Both the position numbers and the translations under genes were made by a program. From Lingula anatina (lineage: Eukaryota; Animalia; Brachiopoda), in contig CM120641.1 in the NCBI GenBank assembly GCA_051362555.1, positions 8,680,001-8,744,000 on the forward strand: a DNA stretch of 64,000 nucleotides, given 5' to 3'. Under the pieces are notes generated by a model that worked only from the letters and a program-made list of their open reading frames with translations, did no database searches and was not told the DNA's origin. This document shows, one piece after another, positions 13,201-26,956 of the stretch. The number at the start of each line of letters is the position of its first letter. The first letter of the stretch is position 1.

Positions 13201-16200
13201 TGATAATTAGTTAATGAACTTATTAATTGATCACCACCAAAGTCTAGCCAGATGATTAAGATGACTAAAATACAACAATAACAGCAGTTATCAGTTTTAA
13301 ACTAAAATAACTTTGATGAAAATTCAGCTGAAAAATTTATTTATATCATTACTATATAATATCATATACCAAATAAAATACTAAATGAACAATTTAAAAA
13401 TAACATAATATAAAAAATCTTTGGGACCAGGCCCTGGGTGACATTCTGCACAGACAGCTGCCACCACGTGACACCAGTGACAGCTCAAAATCAGTTCAGG
13501 TGAAGAAGGTCTTGAGGTAACGTCAAAATGTAAGGATCTCTATTTCAACCTAAGATCCCGTGATATTTTTTAAAATTATCTTAGTATAATATTACTGGAT
13601 GAATCAAAACTTTCACTTTGATATAAAACAAGGAATACTCCAAATCCCTATAAAAGACAAACAGTGAGCACAAAATTCTTACCTGTCGCTCCTTTACCAA
13701 TTCCCCTGCAAATCCTGGGGCAACCATTACCATGCCCATGCCTATTAAAATAATGGCAGAAAATGCACCAGAGTCAAACACAATGGTTGGATTAATACTA
13801 GGCCAGGGAAGATTGGTTGTGTTTATGGTGGCATTGACGTTGGCTGGAAACCTTGTCATCTTTAGAACCATACTGTCTATGGTTCCAATAAGGGCAGGCA
13901 GTGAATGGATGGCTGTATCATTGTATATTACAGTGAAGTTTCTCTGGAATCAAAAAGATGTAGGAGGTCAATGGGACATAATAGAAAAATTTGCAGTGTA
14001 TGTATCCAGGGGCGGATTGAGGCTGTCTTTTGGGTCTTCCAGAAGACGGTCAAATTTCTAAGTTTACATTGATGAGTACCTACTATTTTCTGTCGGAAGA
14101 TGGTCAAAAGATGGAGGGTGGATCACCAAAGATAATGTGGAAGACTGTCAGAAAATATCTCTGGATCCGCCCCTGTGTATCTACTGGATAAACAGCATGG
14201 AACACTATTCAAAAGCTGCGAGGCTTTTATCTCTGACATAAAATCCACAAATTAATCTTCCGTGAAAGGCTGGTATCAGGGGAATGAATTAAATCTCCCA
14301 TTACAGGAGGTCTATAATTGTAATTTTAAATTCCAGTTTTAAAGAAGAGAATATTACAAAAGAACAAATTATATGTTATGGTAATGATTCGATCTTTTTA
14401 ATGGGTAAAAATTATATAACTTTCAGATACATAATTTTATAATCACAAAAATTGTATTTCTTTATAGCATTTGTGGTGCTTTGACTGCATAGGTTGGAAC
14501 TGTGCAGTAGCTAGCCTGCTTCTTAATTTTGTTGCTACCACTCAACAAGAATGTTCTAACTCTAAGAAATTATGACTTAAAAACAGAGTTTCTGTAAAAT
14601 TCACAACTGTCCCCCATTGAAAAAATCAAGGAATTACCATTTTTCATACAACAGAACCTTTAGTACATATGGAGGCTGTGGCTTGTAGAAATTCTAAGGT
14701 TGTGGTTATGAAAGTTGGTATGAAAATACATATAGCCAGCTGCTATTGAAACACAGATGCTCTGTAGATCTAACGATCTTGTTGATATGGATTGTTACCT
14801 TTGCAGACTTACAATAATCATGGTATGGTTGTATTTACTGTGCCATACAGAAGGAAGAGTAAGTCAGGGTGATTGACAACTTTGCTTGTCGAATTCAAGC
14901 ATATCATCAGTGCAATGGTGGTCATTTGGAACAAGTTCTGTAAAGAATGCACCCTTTGAGTAAGAGACATCAAATTTCAAAATCAATGTTTTTTTAAAAT
15001 TATTATTATATCAGCTTCCAGGACATGTAATCTTGTCTTTGTTTCTCGTCTCAGTAATAGATCAGTAATATATGTATAGATATATATAATGGGTTCCATC
15101 TAATTTGAGACACCCTGTACTTGGTTATTGTAGCAAGGTGGCATATTATTTGATCAGTGTATTATTGGTATTGCTCTTTTTCCTGAATGTGAACATTTGT
15201 ATATTGTTTCCTCTTTACCTACTCTGCATGCAAGTTACATCTGTTTTGTATCTGCAGTTTAATAGTGGCATTCATAAAAAGCATGACTTGTCATGAAATT
15301 TGAACATTAATTCAAGCACAGCATTGCGATTTTGCTTAATAATAGATAATGTGAACATGTAGTTTGCAGTAGTTTTCCAAAGTCAGACCAATTATACTGC
15401 AGCATGGAAAATATCTATATATTTAAAAATTTTTTTTAACAATAAATAATTGAACTGATTAACTCTGATTTGGAAAATGAAAACTACTTCATTTCCCTTT
15501 TATTGCTGATTTTTGAAAAAAGATCTTGAGTGCCTTTCTGAAAGAAAAGATATGCATGCCAATCCTCATTGTTGGGTATCCATGGTACCCAATTGAGGTT
15601 TTGTAATACTAGTGTCATTTCTTTAAGGTTGCTGGGGAATTGTGGTCAGGAAGAAATCTCATAGGGATGTGATAATTAGAGATTTGGGTGATGCTTGAGA
15701 CATTAGAGGGAAAAGCATCAAACTGATTATATTCTCTGCTGGCAGGGGAGGTTTCAAAGAATTGGACACATGTAAAGATTGATGACTTATTTAGTTATAT
15801 GTGACATGAAGTCATTATCATCCTTAAAACATTTTTACAGTAACTTTTAAGGGTGTGTTGTGTCACACATGTGATCAAACCTGTAAGAGGTATAGCTGAA
15901 GATGTTATATATCATGTTATATTTCCAAATAAAGCATGTAACATGTTGCAAAGTAAGTTAGCATACATGACCCAAGTTTATTTTGAAGACGACAGTTTGT
16001 GGATGTTGAAACATTTGACTGAAGCTTATGCAAAGATAATATGCATTTTTGCTTGCAATTAAGAAAAAAATGCAATTAAAATTTGTAATTAAAAATTAAC
16101 ATTTAAACATGTCAGTTGTAAAAGTGAGAAATTTGTTAGCATGTGAGTAGGAAAGTGGGAAGATTGTTAACAATGCAAAAACCTCTAAAATGTTGACTCA

Positions 16201-19200
16201 GCAGCTGATTATTTTGATATTGTATTTTACCTAGTTCCATTATCCGAAACCAGTAAAATGTGCTCAATAATAACTAAAGAAGACTTAGAAATGACCAAAA
16301 AATTGCAGTGGGTTATAAATACTGCATGGTTTTCTACAGTTTAATGATGATGATAGGGGAATTAACAACTGCATAATGTGTAAATGCATGCATGCTAGTG
16401 ACTGTGTCACTCAAGAGTCGTAGGTCCCATTCACAACAAAGTTGAACTGCAAACTAACAGATCAGCGGATCATGTATGGCCAACCCACATGAAAGCTTGC
16501 CGCATAATTCCCTGTTAGACCCTGGATAGATTCCCAGGAGGATTATGTGGCAATTAAACTTTCCATTAGGTCGGCCATATTTGACTCTGTTATGCTATGG
16601 ATCATCTCTGTTGTGACTGTTCTCATATATTACTTACACACATATTTCCCATCTTTTTGACACAGATCATTCTGAACACCTTTTTTTTACATTACGTGCC
16701 ACTGGATTTTTTCTTTCCTTTTTGCTACTGGAGCATGTAAATGGACAGAAATATGCACTACCACATTGTCACAACATTGAACCCTTTACATTGTTAGCAC
16801 TCCATTAAGACTGCATAAAAACCTTAAATTGGATAACCAGTCCATTAAGAGTACTTGCTACAATATTTCTTTTCATGTTTTATTGATTTTTTTTATTGTT
16901 TGTCTTGGGAGATGGCAGTAAAAGCATGACAGTGAGAATGTGTTGAAATCATCTGTGGTAAGGCCAGTGTAGGAAAATGAGTCTGGAAGCATGACATGGT
17001 TCAATGTGGGCAAAGTTCTGTCTGAATGATGTGAGAGTTTCTTATCGAAATAAAAGTGGCATCTATACAGCATTACTTTGCAGAACAACTCATTTCAGTA
17101 TTTAGACTTTGGTGGCTGAATATCAGTAGTAACTTCTTGACTATTATTAAGCCCATTTCAAATTATACAATAATGAACATGAACCATTAATTTTTTGCAC
17201 ACTGCTCTGTGTACAGCTTGTGGCATTTAAGATGTTAACATGGAGTTTCATGACTTTACCCTTAGGGTCCCCAAGTTTGTCCTTAAGATTTCCATTGCAA
17301 GCTGTAAAATGTATTTTTAAAGATCTTTTTTCTGTACTGAGTATATTAAAACTCAGTGTGTTTTAAAAGTTCAGCAATATGTGGAAAGATAACATGATTA
17401 CTATTCTAGATGAGATTTTAGGATATTCATAATGGAAGTTAACTTGCTTATGAGCTTTTTATGTTCCTCGTCTCAGTGGTTTCTGGGAGAAATATAGCTT
17501 ATTTTTTAAAAACAATTATTGGTGTTTAGTTTTTTATGCTGCAGTCTTATTATTATAAATAAAACTTGTAGTTATTTCTATTTACTTCAAGGTTTATACT
17601 TAAAGGTACAAGTTTAAAATGTTTAATTAGTTTCTTATGGATAAATACTTTGTGTCTAGACATTCTAAGGATTGAATTAAAAGAAAGTGATTGTCATAAG
17701 TTGTTTCTTTAAAGGAGAGATTGTCATACTTTGTTTCTTTAAAGGATTGATTGTCATAATTTGTTTCTTTAAAGGATTTGATTAAAAGAAAGTGATTGAT
17801 ATAATTTTCTTTTTCATGATGTACCTCAGAATATACGGTAAGTACCTACTTTTTATATTATAAATGCAAATGCCTAGCAACCAGCTTTTGCGCAGTCAAC
17901 ACCAATAAAATCTTGTTTAGGGATGAAGTTACACCCCATACCGATTGCTATCTCACCTCAAAATAGAACGGTGTTAAATTGATGATTAAAGCTTTCAGTT
18001 GCCTATGCTTATACATTGCAACAATAATATATATACAGCGATATTTTATATTTACGAGGTTTTTAAAATTGATTTAAATGAGCACAAAGATAGTTGCATT
18101 ATTGAATAATTATGTGTAGGAAAAACTTTTTCGGTATCTGGATGGGTTACAATATCCTTAAGAAAGGATCTTTTTGTCAAAATTCACAACAGTAATCTCA
18201 CTAGAGTTGACAATTCAAATCATTGCCACTAAACCCAAACAAATACCACCATATTAATAGTAAAGTAATAGCATAACTTAAAAAATAAAATCAAAGGGAA
18301 TTGTTTCATATTTTTTCCCCAAAAATTATTTTGAACCCGTATTTTCTGCTTTCTTTGCTAAACTTAACCTTCTGTTGTTTTTGCTTTAATTAGTATATTA
18401 CAGGAATGAAAATCAATGCTTATTTTCCAGTGCTCTTTTGTACCAAGATTTTCAATATACATTGAAACCCGTTATGAAAACAATAATGGAAGCTCAGAAA
18501 ATGTAAGTTATTGATTTTTTTTTTGCATTTTATAATAAACCTGTACTTCACAGAATTTTCTCAAATTGATACTGTCATTTAATTTTAATGATTAGAGCCC
18601 AGCTTAGATAAAGTTTTAATGAAAATGTATGTATTTCTTTCCTTAAACTGATCTGAATGCAACAGTAACACTGAATGAAAAATGTATTTATCTTGTAAAT
18701 TGTAGACATGGATATTTCTGGCTTAAAGTTCTATTATTGATGATTTTGAAACTATAAAGGCTCAAGTTTATTGTGCTTTAGAATAAACTAATTAATTGCC
18801 GTTGGTGTTATAAGGCACAGAAGTGAGATTTGAAGTTTGTGGGATTCCATGAGATTTTGATACTTCCGGAGATATTCAGTAATTGTGTAATGTTTAAGCA
18901 GTCTAATCAATAGTAACTACAACTGTCAACATGTTTTTTTCCTTTGTTTTTGGGTGTAGTCAACGAAGCAGCAGCAGTGTTCTCCTTTTTTTATTTTTAT
19001 TTTTATATAAGCTCAAACAGGGCAAATGGGAAAGGCAATGTTGGTAGATTATAACAATCATAACAATGAACTTGCAAACAAGATTGTGAAGCTGTCCTTG
19101 GAAGTGGGTGCGTTGTGAAATAATGTTGCAAAATTCGCAAAATTATCAGGCACATGCAAACGAAATTTTATTTTTGGAAAAATGAAAAAAAAGGGGTTAA

Positions 19201-22200
19201 AATTACAACATGCAAAGCTGATGGGCCCAAACATTTGCTAAATGATTTATCTTTTTTTTTCTAGTGTTTGGGTCTCTCCCAAGAAGACCTTGATGTCAGA
19301 GAAGTTGAACATCTTGACATTGCATATGATCCTTTACCTGAGAAGTATTACAAAGAGGAAGAGGTAGGTAATTTAGGACTGTTGTGCTCAGTTACAGATT
19401 TCAGAAAGACTTCATTAGCACATTGATAAATGCATAAATTATCTTGGTTGAATAAGAGGATTCTAGAGTATGTGGCTCCGAGTTAACTCAGATTGGTTTT
19501 AATCATGAATTATTATATTTACTTTGAAAATGTGATTGCTAATTTGATTCAAAAGTTTGTCTTCAAAGAATTTTTTTTCAATGTAATATGTGTCTTCAGA
19601 GGATATTTTTAGTGTTGGAATTTAATGAAGTTCTGGTCTGTAGCTTAAAAAAAATTGCCAGTGTGTTTCCATAAGTTTTATATAGAAAAACAACTGACTT
19701 GCTTCAGCAGAATCTACAATTATTCTGCTTTTTTCAAAAAGAGTCAGAATAATACTATATGTAAATTGTATGAAATAAGTAATCTTTTGGAGAAGCATCT
19801 GAAATATTATGAAGGATTGCGTGTAGTAGACAGAAGCCCTGACAACCATTGTTTCCTGCAGTGCCAGAAAACCTCAGGTCAGATTACCATGGCATTGTTA
19901 TAATTGCCTTTAGTAAAGACGTTCATTATGTTGCCAAGATATGTCAGAAAGTCATTTTTCATATCTCAAATTTGCATTGTTAAAGTTTGGGTGCATTGGG
20001 CTCTTCGATTAGCTCAATTAAGGCCAATCTAAATCCCTAGAGAACGTCCAAAAAAGAGCTCTTTGCATTATATGCCCTGAACTTACATATAATGAAACAA
20101 TGAATGTCACTGAACTCCCCACCTTAAAATCTTTTTGTTGTAAATTGTGCCAAAAAAATGTTTAATGAAATCCAATTACCTGCACATAGACTGGGTTCCC
20201 ATCCCTAGATCGATCTAACAGGATCGGTCCATCTACACGGGGTCCCTTGCGAAATTGCTTTCAGCCCAAGCGTCTTAGATGTCTGGGATGCCCGCTAAGG
20301 CCCCTATTTCACACAGACCACGAATCCCACGAATCGCCAAGAATTGAAAAATTTTAGGATTCGTGAGGATTCGTGAGATTTTGCCAATTTTCTGGTCTAA
20401 TTCGACATGCTCATGGTTCAGTTACGATACAGGTACGATAGTGTTACGAATATTCGTGGGATTCGGCTGGAATCGTGAGAATTTGCCAATTTTCTGGTCT
20501 AATTCGACACGCTCTACTATTCAGTTACAATACAGGTGCGATAGCGTTACGAATATTTGTGGGATTCGGCTGGAATCGCACGAATATTGTCCAGAAATTC
20601 ACTACGATTTTTTGGAATCGGGAGTTCGTGGCCAAATCTTTGAACAGCTTAAATTTTTTGCCACGAATTCCCGATTGATCAAGAATTGCAAGAACTGACT
20701 ACGATTATATACGAATCTGTTTAGAACTTCACGAACTGATTACGATTCAACCACGAATCCTGAAATTTTCAATTCCTGGCGATTCGTGGGATTCGTGGTC
20801 TGTGTGAAATAGGGGCATCAAAGTTTTTGCCACCAATTCCTGTTGGTCACGAAGTGCAAGAACTGACTACGAATATATACGAATCTGTTAAGAACTTCGC
20901 GAGCTGATTTTGATTCAACCATGAATTGTGAAATTTGTCAATTCCTGGTCATTCGTGGGATTCGTGGTCTGTGTGAAATAGGGGCATTAAGCTGCTAAAT
21001 GAAAGTTAATTACCCCTATCAGTCTCAGCAGGTGTGACAGACATCTAAGCCACCCAAGTTAATTGCAATGTACCAATGAACTGTGTTTATGAACTTTTTG
21101 CTTTTAAAGGTATGACAAACAATATATTTTAGTCATATTTTTTCCCTTCAATATTTATTTTAAAAGTACACTTTTTACCTAATCCTATTTTTAATACTGT
21201 GCTTTACATTTTATGTATACATTCAATGTATGTTTGTATGTTTTATATATTGCAGAGAAGCACAATAAACCCCTTAGTCTTAAGCTTATTATTATCATTA
21301 TTGTTACCTATTGGGTATGTGGTTACTGTGAAACAAAACCATTATTTCATGTTGGTATTTTGCCATTATGTGGAGGCATGTAGCTAGAAAAGTTGTGACA
21401 TTTTGATGGTTTAAAAAAACAGGCATGTTGCCTTCTAAATACATCCTTGAAATGGATTATTGTTAGAAAGAAAGCAATTATTGCTGTTTCAAATGTATTT
21501 TCCATGAATCTAAAAAAAGATGCATTTTGTGGTATGAAAACGTGTTTCATAACGTATACATAATTACTACTTTGTCACCATACAGACTTCTTTAGGGAAA
21601 CAAATTGGAAACCAAATATTTATAGGGTTTTTTAATCTCCTTACATTTAAACAGTGCTGTTGCTAGTATGAAGACTTATGCGATTGGGTTTGATAAGGTC
21701 ACAACTTCAGTTTTTTCAATATGTAGAAGCAGTAAAGTCAGATTAAGGTGAATCCTTGTTTTTCTGTTTTAAATATATTTATAAAGAAAATTGGCATTTG
21801 AAATGATTGAATAAAATTGGGACTGGTTTTTATAAAAATATTAGGTAATCAAGTTTTCTTGTATATTATTTGAATGTTTGCATTTAAAATCAAGTGATTG
21901 GTAAAGAGTGCAGATTCCATGCACAACTGTATTTGGCAGTAAAATCACATAGCCAGTGGGACTGATTTTTAGTTTTACATTTTCAGACAGTAAAAGTTGC
22001 TTGAATTTGATAGATTGATACTTATATGTATTATAATCCTAGTTGGATACAATTTGGATTTGGCTTGTGTTAGGCATTTTGATGAGCACTTACATGCAAC
22101 ACAATAACTTTTTTGTGCAGGGTAGAGAGTACATAATGTAACACCTTGAATATAAGGTATACAAGATGCAAAGCTGGTAAACAACCATAACCAAAAAGCT

Positions 22201-24982
22201 GTAGTATAAAGTGTGCGTAACCAGAAGGAGTCTCTCTCTGATATTTCATGTCAACAGTATTTTGCATACCCATGATGACATACATGTATGCTTTACTGTC
22301 AAGGAAAACACTAAAACTGGTATTGTCTCTTAAATAAAGAGTTTTTACCTTAAGAAGTGTTTCAGAATGAGCAGAATTTTTGTCTCTAAAGATTTACATT
22401 ACTTTTTTTGTATTTTTCAGGACTGCACAAAGTTCCAGTCTAAGAAGACAGGCAGAGGTCCATTGATGCCAGGATGGAGAGTAAGTACACGGGTAGATTG
22501 TCAAATTATTTGTTGGAAATGAAAGTAAAAAATTAAACGGCAACTTTCAATTCAGATGGAATCAGAGGGATATCAGCCATATGCTTTTGACAGGTGTATA
22601 TTGTGCATTGATTAATGACATAAGAAATATTGATATTAAGATTTCTCTCCGACTTGGCAGTGTTAGGTCACTTTTAGGGTAGTTTTTTTTCTTGAACTTG
22701 AGGCAGCTCACATGATTGGTTTGTTAAACTAAAGATTTGAGAGAGAGAGAAAGAGAGAAATCATGACATCAGTTTAAAGATAATGGTTGAGGTAAAGAAA
22801 CAAAGAAGTATTTTTCAACATAATATCATTGGTTTATCAATATCAGATTGTGGCACAGAATACTTGTTAATGGGTCTATGGTTCATGCAAGAGACCAATC
22901 TTTGAGAGCCAGAATCCCATGTTAGATGCACTGACTTCTGAAGCAAGTTATGTTGTTCTTCTCATTGTAAAACTACCTAACCACACATCTTTTTATTTCA
23001 ATTTATGTATGTATGAAACTGCTTTAGATCTGTTCTGCATGGTTATATAGCATTCAGGTGAATTGCACTTAAAAAGAGATTGATGGAGAAGTGGTCGTTG
23101 TAAAATGGATTTACTGTTCCTTTGAGAGTACATGTATCAGAGTTAATTTCTGTCCAGTATCATTATCTTTGCCCACAAGGAAATATGCACTGGTTCAGTG
23201 CATTGATATAGACTCTGTAGATGTAGGTTTTGTCTCTTATTTATGGATTGCAAATTTTATTGAAGGGAAATGGGTTTTTGTAAAAAAACTGTTGAACTTA
23301 TATTTAAAATTGTAATTGAAGTTACTCCATATTTTTGTATGTTAAAAGTAGGACAAGGAAAGTATTTTTCTCGTTTGATTAGATTATTTCTCATAAAAGA
23401 TTTGTTTCTGCATATTTTTCAAAATGTCTTAGAACTAAAAATTCCATGCTAATGAATGATATTTTATTTTTTAATTCCATTAACCAATGAATTATTGAAA
23501 TATTTAAGATTTCATCTATGTGCATATCTGATAATAGAAGTACAAAACATTATAGAAAGCATTTGTGAATAATAATGTCATCACTCTCACTTGAATGAAA
23601 TTGTTTGAAGATATTCAAGAAATGATGCCTTTTCACAGGACACCATGGATCCCATCATGTGTTCATACAAAGCAGTTAAAGTAAAATGTGAGATATGGGG
23701 AGTCCAGACTCGTATGGAAAGCTTCATGCACAGAATTGTGAAGGACATCCTCTTAGCTGGACATCGACAAGCCTTTGCCTGGATTGATGAATGGCATGGT
23801 AAGTGTTCCAATTCCATATGCAGAAAGCATTTTGGTGTGTAAATCCCTGGTTCCTCTCAAAGGAACTCCATGTTTCAACATAAAACAAAATTGAATTCCT
23901 TTTTTATGAAATAATAAATTTTTACTCTTCCAAGCAGAATAAAACAAAGAATTTAAAGCTAACTAGTTAAAAAGAAAATAATGTCAATCGACATTTCATT
24001 GTATCATTGCATTTATTTAGATATTTTAGATTTTAAAACATAGAATTGGCCTTTTTTACTTTTATCTCAATGCTTAAAGTAACAACTGTGGATAAATGAT
24101 TTGCCTTAGAAAAAAATGACCGCACTGAGAGTGAAACAGATGGCAGTGAAAATGCATCAGTTATGTGTCAGAAGAAAAATGTATGCTATACAGCCTAGCT
24201 AAAGTTTACAATATTTGAGTGTAAAATATTTCAACACATCTGATAGTATCTTACTACAGTGATTGATTTTATGTCAGGCATATGTACTTGGTCTGGCAGT
24301 GGCAAGCCTAAAATAGTCAATGGAATAATGTAGTAATCGTGTTAGAAAAAGGGTATAGGCTCTCTGGTCAAATGGCAGCTGCTTGAGGTATAAATAGATG
24401 ATGTTCTTCAGCTTGAATTGATCAAAACTGATGCTGCAGTAATTGAGAGTATTACTGATGTACATCTTTGGTCTCTTACACTCACTTCATGTTACAATTT
24501 GTAATCATTGGAACATTTTCTTCCAACATTTTACTTTTATTTTTTCGAGTTATGTATTAAATTATGAGTGAGCCTGTCTTAACCCTTTTCTTAAAGCTTT
24601 GTTTTTTTTGTAGTTGTTTGAAAGCAGTTATATACTTGAATTGCTATGGAAAGGTGGAGTTATTTATGTTGAAACAATTAAAGTAGCTTCCATTTCTGAT
24701 TATCAGAACTGGAATTAAAAAAACAACAACAACAAAAAAAAACAACAATAAAACAAACAAAAAACAAATTCACAAATACTTTTGACCATACCTACGTAGA
24801 CATATATGTGTATATTTTGCCTCTCTATTTATGACTTAGGTATGACAATTGATGACATCAGGGAATATGAAGACAAAATGCACCAAGAGACAAACAAGAA
24901 AGTTGGCGTCAGTGATTCGTCAATACAAAATGACTCCACAAACAATACACCGGAGAATGGAGATGAAGGAACAAGCATATGA
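4204..24982 (+). CDS. PITPNC1: Cytoplasmic phosphatidylinositol transfer protein 1 (PITPNC1/RdgB-beta), 3' part; 5' exons lie upstream of the window; three internal exons present twice
   Basis: Exons with AG/GT borders: 4204-4211 ([E]YT), 4805-4876 ([24 protein letters not shown]), 5639-5737 ([33 protein letters not shown]), repeated at 17830-17837, 18431-18502, 19265-19363. Then 22421-22480 ([20 protein letters not shown]), 23639-23798 ([53 protein letters not shown]), 24840-24982 ([23 protein letters not shown]...TSI*). KTGRGPL, PIMCSYK and [12 protein letters not shown] are PITP-domain motifs; the CSF.P.FSI.IET exon is of the class II (PITPNC1) type. Confidence 0.92.
6673..7360. mobile_element. 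MITE with long TIRs (Harbinger-like termini), with a second diverged right end; duplicated at 20299-20986
   Basis: Left gcccctatttcacacagaccacgaatcccacgaatcgcca is the reverse complement of the right ends at about 7150-7190 and 7320-7359. Internal tandem of two about 102-bp units (6745-6950). CpG-rich. Flanks are taa and tca/tta. Confidence 0.75.
7543..13943 (-). pseudogene. Duplicated ABCA fragment (exons 17-27 plus truncated exon 28) lying antisense in a PITPNC1 intron
   Basis: Copy of 29224-35624 at offset -21681; ORF-track translations are identical. It has no promoter or 5' exons. Exon 28 breaks at the junction and reads ...[11 protein letters not shown]. Confidence 0.85.
7543..14312. 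repeat. Segmental duplication, segment B ectopic copy (6770 bp)
   Basis: Direct repeat of 29224-35993 at a constant offset of 21681; starts inside ABCA exon 28 and ends in intron 16. Confidence 0.97.
14312..21169. repeat. Segmental duplication, segment A copy 2
   Basis: Begins ctataattgtaatt (=686) and ends aaaagtac (=7543), then continues into unique sequence at 21170. Confidence 0.97.
22421..24982 (+). CDS. PITPNC1: Single-copy terminal three coding exons of PITPNC1
   Basis: 22421-22480, 23639-23798 and 24840-24982 join in frame (phases 0, 0, 1) and end at TGA 24980-24982. Confidence 0.92.
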
Positions 24983-25299
24983 ACAACACCAAGATTATAT
25001 GAAATTATTATATGTTTAATATATATTATAACATTACTTTGAATATGATATTATTTTTATAAATAGGATATAAAGTTCACTTCTTAGTCTACCAAACAAA
25101 ATGTATTAACCTCATTGGATTTTAAAAAGAATTTATAAAGCCATTTAAAGCCATTCTTGGTTGAATTTGAACAAAATAAATAATTTTCAGTTGCCAGTTG
25201 CTTTAACAGCCATTTCATTTCATATATGAATACCACTGAACAGGAACAATGGGGATTATCCGAGATGGCCCAAAGTCTTGCAACATCGTCTGTAAAATC

Positions 25300-25435
25300 A
25301 AGTGAAATTTGATGGGGGAGAGAAGGTTAAAAATAATGGCAAACTAATGAGTGTGAGGTAGCAAGAAATAAAAGCTGACCGAGTTTATCCATGGATAATT
25401 TTCGGGCTGTTTTCTCTTGTGATCTGTGGAATTAC
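25300..25435 (+). repeat. Dispersed repeat fragment in the PITPNC1 3' region, related to 50-165 on the minus strand
   Basis: ggagagaaggttaaaaataatgg...tttatccatggataattttc...tgttttctct matches the reverse complement of 50-165 (ggagagaagggtaaataataatgg...tttacccatggatatttttc...tgttttttct). Confidence 0.5.
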
Positions 25436-26915
25436 AGTCACATGCACGACACTACGTATTCACCTTGTTATGCATGCCACTTTTGCATTGCTTTCTATAA
25501 CTAAAAAGTAAATCCCATCTCACTTACTCATACATTTTCTGGGCTCATATGATGTAATGCATTTCCAGCAGCTCTTTTAGGATGATCCCCATTTTTTCTT
25601 GCAAGACTGACCCTGTTGACATGAATTTATGATATGCGGTGTTATATATGATTTAGACAAAGGTCACCACCAACAATGGAAAGCTTGTTGTTGTTCTTGT
25701 ATGGTAATCAGTCAACCAGTATTTGTGTGATTCTGCATTTATTGCACGTCTAATAAAAAAAGCAAGTTTATTGATGTACTAAAGATTATATTATGTTACA
25801 ACGTCTGTTAAGCTTATTCGATTTCTCGTTTCTCTCTCTTTCTGCCATTCTGTCATGTGATATAGACTTGTGGTTAACATGAATCAAACATAAAATGAAA
25901 ATTTTCCATATAATATTTAGGGATTGGGCAAAATGACAATCACACGTCAACTTGTAACTTTATTTATTATTATTATTATTTATTGTAATCTGTAAGAGTG
26001 TATCTTATTAATAATAGAAAAAAACACTATTTTCTCAAAAGGGTTCGTTTGACTAGAAAGAGCAAAATTTCCTAGAAAATATCCAACAAATAGCAAAGTT
26101 GGATTCTTTGAATGTGGTCATTCACATAGATGATCATCTCTGTGTCAATTTCTAGCTGAGTCCTGTTGAGATAATCGCTTACTGAATCTGATCAGCACTT
26201 CATTTCAAGGAGCAGTTCTACTTAATAGTTGGTGGCTTCCTATCACAATGTCAAAAGAACCAGTGGCAACTCTTGATTTCAAATTATCATTAAGCTGAAT
26301 GCCTGCATGCTGATGGAGACTTCACGCATTTTCTTGAATTTGAATACATTGCAGTGGCAGCCTTGGGTAAAGAAAAAGGTTTCATCTTTTATATTCTAAC
26401 AGTTTTTAACAGAATTTTGATGGTTTGAGTGTCCATATTAAATTTTGTTAATTTTTTCCTGTATAACATAAGTTAAATTAGCCTGCCCTATAGATTTTAC
26501 ACCATTGAAAGATACATTTGTGTCAAGTATACATAGCAAACAGCAATAAGTAATTCAGACCTATGAAGATACTGTGTAAATATGCTTCTTGTCTACAGGG
26601 CACTGAAGTTGAGGTCAATAAGTAAATACAGTTTTTACTCCAATTTCTGTATGTATACATTGTGTGATATCAGAGCTGAACACAGCTTGCCTTGCTAGTT
26701 TGTTCATCTACACTTATCTATTGAGAACATTCCTGTTGCACAGACTTTTACCCCTTTATTGTTTATATCTTGTCACTATTATTAATAGAAGTGAGCAATG
26801 CACTGGGATGATAAGTGTTTTTATTAGAAATGACTCCTGTTGTAGAAGTAATTGGGGTATTTTGAATGTTGAGACATATCTGACAGTTTTACAGGTGCTT
26901 GATATTCATTAATAC

Positions 26916-26956
26916 GATAAAATGTATTGAAACCTGCATTTATTGTCACTTTTATT
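26916..26956. terminator. Candidate convergent polyadenylation signals of PITPNC1 (+) and ABCA (-)
   Basis: Minus-strand AATAAA twice (tttatt at 26939-26944 and 26951-26956), plus-strand variant GATAAA at 26916-26921. Composition appears to switch from T/G-rich to A/C-rich here. Confidence 0.4.

Noticed and set aside
25247-25610. Inverted 14-mer and 10-mer pairs in the PITPNC1 3' region suggesting a long hairpin
   Set aside because: The two pairs are not nested in hairpin order and overlap an old repeat fragment; no supportable structure.
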